This document shows, in pieces, positions 59,497 through 64,000 of a stretch of DNA of 64,000 nt (position 1 is the stretch's first letter; every line of letters begins with the position of its first letter). Source of the stretch: Actinomycetota bacterium (GTDB lineage: Bacteria; Actinomycetota; Geothermincolia; Geothermincolales; RBG-13-55-18); the NCBI GenBank assembly GCA_040757835.1, contig JBFLWJ010000003.1, positions 146,960 through 210,959 of the forward strand. Reading direction: 5' to 3'. The position numbers were made by a program, and so were the translations under genes. The notes under the pieces were generated by a model that saw only the letters and a list, made by a program, of their open reading frames with translations, made no database searches and was not told the origin of the DNA.

Positions 59497-60587
59497 CTTT
59501 CATCGACTGCCTGCACGGCAGCGGCAAGGAGGGCGGCGCGGACATCGCCGCCCGGGACCTGGCGGAACGCCTGCGCGGGGCCGGCGCCAGGACCCGCATC
59601 CTGTCCTTCCGTGATGGCATACCCCTGGCGCTTCCGGACCTCCTGAAGACCAAGCCGCTGCTACGGGAACTCACGGCCTTTCCCCTGGGCGGCCGCAAGG
59701 GGATGCGGGAGGCTGAGGGTGGGTACGACGTCATCCACCTCAACTCCCTGGCCCTGGCCCCCCTCTACAGGCCCCGCCTCCCCGTCGTCATCACCCTGCA
59801 CAACATCCAGTGCCAGAAGTTCACCAGGTACATGGGGGCCGGACGCCTTCCCCTGCTCTTCAACCGCCTCACCCGCTTCCCTTTCCGGCTGTCCGAGAGG
59901 CGGGCGGCCGGGAACATCGACCGCTTCATCTGCGTGCACCGGGGCATCGCCGACTTCCTGCGGGACGGGATGGGGATAGCGGAGGACCGTATCGCGGTGA
60001 TCCCCAACGGCGTGGACACCGAGCTGTTCAGGCCCGGAGGAGACAAGGTCAGGCGCGTCGTCTTCGTGGGGAGGGCCACCACCACCAAGGGGTTCGACGT
60101 GCTGGCGGAGGCGGCGCCCATGATCGACGCCCCGATCATGGCCGTGACCAACAAGATGCGGCCGGCCATGGCGGCGAGGGCCGCGGCGGCGGGCATGGAG
60201 GTCAGGTGGGACCTGAGCCACCGGGAACTGGCCCCTCTGATATCATCGTCGAGCCTCCTGGTCCTGCCCTCCTGGGACGAGGAGCAGCCGCTGGTGGTCA
60301 TCGAGGCCATGTCCTGCGGCCTGCCCGTGGTGACCACCCCCGCGGGGGCGTCCGACCTCATCCGCGACGGCCAGGGCGGCCTGGTGGTCCCGCCCCACGA
60401 CCCGCGGGCCCTGGCACGGGCCGTCAACCACATCCTGGGCGACGAGCGCATGATAGAGTCCATGGGCGCGGCCAACCGGCATATCGCCGAGGCCAGCCAT
60501 GCCTGGCCCGTGGTGGTCGCGCGGGTGATGGATGTCTACGGCGATGTCCTCGACAGCGCCCGCCGGGGCGGGGGGCCGCCCTATTGA
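59478..60587 (+). CDS. GT4-family glycosyltransferase
   Basis: Start at Met (MSGPAVAFID...); C-terminal EEQPLVVIEAMSCGLPVVTT (GT4 E-x7-E region). Confidence 0.8.
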   Translation: MSGPAVAFIDCLHGSGKEGGADIAARDLAERLRGAGARTRILSFRDGIPLALPDLLKTKPLLRELTAFPLGGRKGMREAEGGYDVIHLNSLALAPLYRPRLPVVITLHNIQCQKFTRYMGAGRLPLLFNRLTRFPFRLSERRAAGNIDRFICVHRGIADFLRDGMGIAEDRIAVIPNGVDTELFRPGGDKVRRVVFVGRATTTKGFDVLAEAAPMIDAPIMAVTNKMRPAMAARAAAAGMEVRWDLSHRELAPLISSSSLLVLPSWDEEQPLVVIEAMSCGLPVVTTPAGASDLIRDGQGGLVVPPHDPRALARAVNHILGDERMIESMGAANRHIAEASHAWPVVVARVMDVYGDVLDSARRGGGPPY

Positions 60588-62143
60588 GCTCCGGCCACGA
60601 AACGGTTGAGGAAGTCCCTCACGCGGTCGGGCCTGATCTTCATGCGCATGAGCACGAAGCAGATGATGGTAACGTCCTCCGCCTCCAGGCACCTCGAGAG
60701 CAGGAGCATCAGCATGCCCATGGCCAGGTAGGCGAAGTAGAGGGGCACCAGGCACCAGTCGCGCCCGGCGAGCGCCCAGGAGAAGAGGGGGTAGGTGACC
60801 ACGGCCCCCAGCACCGACAGCAGCAGTGGCTTGAGGTACTGGGGGGTAAAGGGGTGGATCCGCTCCAGGTAGTATATCTGCGCCGACTTGAGCACGTTGA
60901 TGACCACGTATGATGATAGGGTGGCGATAGCCGCTCCGGTCATCCCGTAACGAGGTATGAGGATCCAGCAGAGGGCGACGTTGGTGATCACGCCCGCCGT
61001 GCCGTCCGCGAGGACCAGGCGGGGCTTCCCCAGGGCCACCAGGGTCATCCCATTGGGCCCCGCGAATACGTTGAAGGACATCCCGAGGGACAGGATGACG
61101 AGGGCCGTGGACGCTTCGGCGTACCGGGCGCCCGCGAAGAAAGTGATCACCTGTTCGGAGAAGAGGACGTAGATGAAGAGCAGGGGCATGGTCAGGGTCA
61201 TGGCCCACTTGGTGGAGCTGCGGTAGATGCCGTTGATCTGCTCCTTCTTGCCTTCGGAGAGCAGCTTCGTCGTCACTGGGAGGAAGATATAGATGAGGGA
61301 GAGCATGAACATGAACAGCAGGTTCACGAAGGGGACCGCGGTGTTGTAGGCCCCGACCGTCTCCGTGGTCTTGAAGATGCCCAGCATGAAGGTGTCCGCC
61401 CAGGTCATCACCATGTTGAGCACCCCCTCCACGGCGAGGGGTATGGAGAAAAGGATAAGCGCCTTGCCCATCTTCACCGGCTTCACCGGCGCGAGCAGGC
61501 GCGGCAGATTGCGCACGGCATACACCACCGTCAGGGAACAGGTGATCACGGCGGCGGAGGCGAGGGCCGCGGCCGCCCAGGTGAGCCCGGAGTCCGTCAC
61601 CAGCGCCACGAACATCAGGGCCGCGATGAGCCCCCACATCATGGTGTCCTCGAACACCGCCTTCACGCCCACGCGGTCGAACCCCCTGAAGATGCTGCTG
61701 AGGAGGATGATGAAGACCATGAAGGGCAGGCCGATGGCGAAGATGCGGGTGATGGAGGTCAGCTGCGGTGCGTCGAATATCCCGGCCAGCGGGCCGGAGG
61801 CCGCGAAGAAAGCGACGGCAAAGGCACAGGAGGATATCAATCCTATCTTCAGGGTCGCGTAGACCGCTCCCTTGATCCTCTCCTCGTCTTTTTTGCCACG
61901 GTAATAGGAGATGAAGCGGGGCGAGCCGGAGCGCATGCCGAGTTCCGCCATGATCACCGTGAACTCCAGGATGGCGGCGCCCAGCATGATCACGCCGTAA
62001 TCGCTCTTGGAGAGGCCGCGGAAGAGGACCATCCGCTCCAGGAAGTGGAAGACGGAGGAGGCGACGAACCCCAGGAAGACGACGAACATCCCTCCCGCTA
62101 TCTTGCCCAGCGATTCCTGGAACTCCTGCTGAAGATCGGACAT
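60581..62143 (-). CDS. wzx: MOP-superfamily polysaccharide flippase (Wzx-like)
   Basis: 520 aa, ~14 TM helices, typical Wzx/polysaccharide-biosynthesis-protein hydropathy. Confidence 0.7.
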   Translation of the reverse strand: MSDLQQEFQESLGKIAGGMFVVFLGFVASSVFHFLERMVLFRGLSKSDYGVIMLGAAILEFTVIMAELGMRSGSPRFISYYRGKKDEERIKGAVYATLKIGLISSCAFAVAFFAASGPLAGIFDAPQLTSITRIFAIGLPFMVFIILLSSIFRGFDRVGVKAVFEDTMMWGLIAALMFVALVTDSGLTWAAAALASAAVITCSLTVVYAVRNLPRLLAPVKPVKMGKALILFSIPLAVEGVLNMVMTWADTFMLGIFKTTETVGAYNTAVPFVNLLFMFMLSLIYIFLPVTTKLLSEGKKEQINGIYRSSTKWAMTLTMPLLFIYVLFSEQVITFFAGARYAEASTALVILSLGMSFNVFAGPNGMTLVALGKPRLVLADGTAGVITNVALCWILIPRYGMTGAAIATLSSYVVINVLKSAQIYYLERIHPFTPQYLKPLLLSVLGAVVTYPLFSWALAGRDWCLVPLYFAYLAMGMLMLLLSRCLEAEDVTIICFVLMRMKIRPDRVRDFLNRFVAGAQ

Positions 62144-62195
62144 GCTTCCTCGATCCGTGAGATAGAGAACCGTGGCTATGGTGCCGTCAGGGGTC

Positions 62196-63809
62196 TCAGA
62201 CGGTGTCGCTTTGCCGCAGCGCCGCGATCCTGCGCCTTATCCTCTCCTTCTCCGCCCCCGTGGCATCCGGCCCGGCGGGAACGCCTCCCTCCCGCGGGGG
62301 GGTATCGGGACCGAAGATGTCCGGCCTTACACGGCCGTCCATCTCCACCGGGACCGGCAGGCCGTAGAGGCGGAGGATGAGCGGCGCCAGGTCCTCGATG
62401 CCCAGGGGATCGGCGATCTCTCCGGCCTTCGCCCATGGGTGGTGCAGCAGGAAGATGCCCTCCATGGAATGGCCCGCGCGCTCGTTGCGGGTGAAGACCT
62501 CTCCGCTTCTGGTCAGGCTGGACCTCAGTTGCCAGCCCCCGCTCTCCCTCATCATCTGGTCGGGCGGATCGACGGGCACCTCGGTCCCGTATGCCGTGCC
62601 GGTATCGAGCAGCTCGATCCCTCCGCGCTCCCCTCCGGGGTCGGTCAGCGCCCTAAGGCCCTCCTCTATCTGCCGCTTGACCTCCTCCGCATCGCGGCCG
62701 GAGAGGATGCCCCGCGGGCGGTCCTGCGTGTTCAGGTAACAGCTGTACCCCATGGCCAGGGCCCGGGTGCCGCTCCAGTCCACCCTTCCCCGCTCCAGCA
62801 GGTTGTGGATGAAATACTCGCCCTGGTTGGTCTCGCCGGCGGGCACCATCTCCCTCAGTCTGCCGGGAGCCATGCGGTAGGCCAGGTCCATAAGGCCCAC
62901 CTTCTTCAGGAGCCTGCCGATGCCGCGCTGGGTCAGCCCTATCTTCTCCAGGCCGCCGACCACCTTGACCTTGAGCAGGCCCTCGTCCACCAGCCACTGG
63001 TTGACATGGACGTTCCAGGGCCTGGCCTCGAAGCCGTGGTCGGACATGACGATAATGCAATCGTCCCCGGAAGCCATCTCCACGATCCTGCCTACCCCCT
63101 CGTCCACCAGGCTGAAGACCCGCTCCAGGGCCTCCCAGCCCCTCTCACTCTCCTCGCCGCTGCGCAGGAAAGCCTGGTTCATGAAGCAGTGGCAGATGCG
63201 GTCGGTGGCGGTGAAGACCCCCAGGAAAAAGTCGCTGGGGTGTTCGCGCAGCAGGTAGGTAATGGCCTTGATGCGTTTGTCCAGGACCCTCATACAGTCC
63301 CTGAGCAGGGTCTCGTCGTCGACGATGGTCATGGCCTGCTGGTCCACCTCGTATCCCCCGGCCACGCGGTCGAGCTCGGCCATGAGCCCCGCCGGGAAGC
63401 TGCCGAACTCCTCCTGGGGGGTGATGAATCCCGGGACGATGTATCCACGGTGCGGCTTGCGGGGATAGACCAGGGGGTCGTTGATGATGCCGCAGGTGTA
63501 CCCCTCCTCCATGAGCAGGTCCCAGAACTCGGGCTGCCTTATCTCCTTGTAGGTATGCATGCGGATGCGGTCCGATCCCCGGCTTATGCCCCGGAAATCG
63601 TAGATCCCCAGCCGCGAAGGCCGCTGGCCGGTGGAGAAGGTGAACCAGGCCGGACAGGTCACCGGGGGAAGGGTGCTCATGAGTCTGCCCCACGCCCCCT
63701 CCTCCCGCAGCCTTCCCAGGTTGGGCATCTTGCCCCTCGCGATGAGGGGGTCGATGACGTTCCAGGACCCACCGTCCAGGCCGATCACGAAAACGCGGCT
63801 CTTAGCCAT
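62196..63809 (-). CDS. alkaline-phosphatase-superfamily NPP-type enzyme (paralog 3)
   Basis: VFVIGLDGGSW, PPVTCPAWFTFSTGQRPSRLG (Thr-nucleophile motif), VMSDHGF. Confidence 0.7.
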   Translation of the reverse strand: MAKSRVFVIGLDGGSWNVIDPLIARGKMPNLGRLREEGAWGRLMSTLPPVTCPAWFTFSTGQRPSRLGIYDFRGISRGSDRIRMHTYKEIRQPEFWDLLMEEGYTCGIINDPLVYPRKPHRGYIVPGFITPQEEFGSFPAGLMAELDRVAGGYEVDQQAMTIVDDETLLRDCMRVLDKRIKAITYLLREHPSDFFLGVFTATDRICHCFMNQAFLRSGEESERGWEALERVFSLVDEGVGRIVEMASGDDCIIVMSDHGFEARPWNVHVNQWLVDEGLLKVKVVGGLEKIGLTQRGIGRLLKKVGLMDLAYRMAPGRLREMVPAGETNQGEYFIHNLLERGRVDWSGTRALAMGYSCYLNTQDRPRGILSGRDAEEVKRQIEEGLRALTDPGGERGGIELLDTGTAYGTEVPVDPPDQMMRESGGWQLRSSLTRSGEVFTRNERAGHSMEGIFLLHHPWAKAGEIADPLGIEDLAPLILRLYGLPVPVEMDGRVRPDIFGPDTPPREGGVPAGPDATGAEKERIRRRIAALRQSDTV

Positions 63810-64000
63810 ATGCCGGTGCCTCCGTCCATAGCGCGGTTCAATTCGGGATGAATGATATCACAAGGGGTTCTCAGCCTGGAAGTGCGGGGAGATGACACGG
63901 CGGGGCGTATATGGGAACATAGTCTGTGATCCGACCAGGCCCGGGGTCCGAGGGGGATACGTTGAACAGACTGGCCCGAGAAGCCACCTATCTCTACGCC

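Overview
High-GC (~65% by eye) bacterial chromosomal segment with Gram-positive-like operon organisation; almost all genes are on the minus strand. Housekeeping genes in order: era (partial), rodA-mrdA(PBP2)-mreD-mreC-mreB, ndk, folC, valS, tig-clpP-clpX (minus strand), two divergent tRNA pairs (Leu/Arg-His and Pro/Gly), plsC-like acyltransferase, rph-rdgB, murI, smpB-ssrA (tmRNA), ftsE-ftsX-ctpA, a split transketolase, prfB (programmed +1 frameshift visible), secA, two tandem membrane-anchored HD/HD-GYP proteins, and hpf. From ~45.9 kb to the window end lies a cell-envelope glycan cluster (GT2 x2, GT4, Wzx flippase, DUF2304, polysaccharide deacetylase, GNAT, methyltransferase, large polytopic membrane protein) interleaved with PAPS-synthesis genes (sat, cysC, PiT-type cysP) and three paralogous NPP-type alkaline-phosphatase-superfamily enzymes; one paralog is embedded between sat and cysC. 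Non-coding highlights: (i) an unrecognised structured intergenic element family in 4 copies with covarying hairpin arms; (ii) a MITE/ERIC-like family with ~30-bp GGGGTCAGG... terminal inverted repeats in 3 copies; (iii) a ~1.4-kb low-GC islet inserted at the tRNA-Gly 3' end with a 15-bp direct repeat, carrying a BrnT/BrnA-like toxin-antitoxin module whose toxin is interrupted by an amber codon, plus a third coupled gene. All calls are from reading the sequence and translations; no database searches were run.
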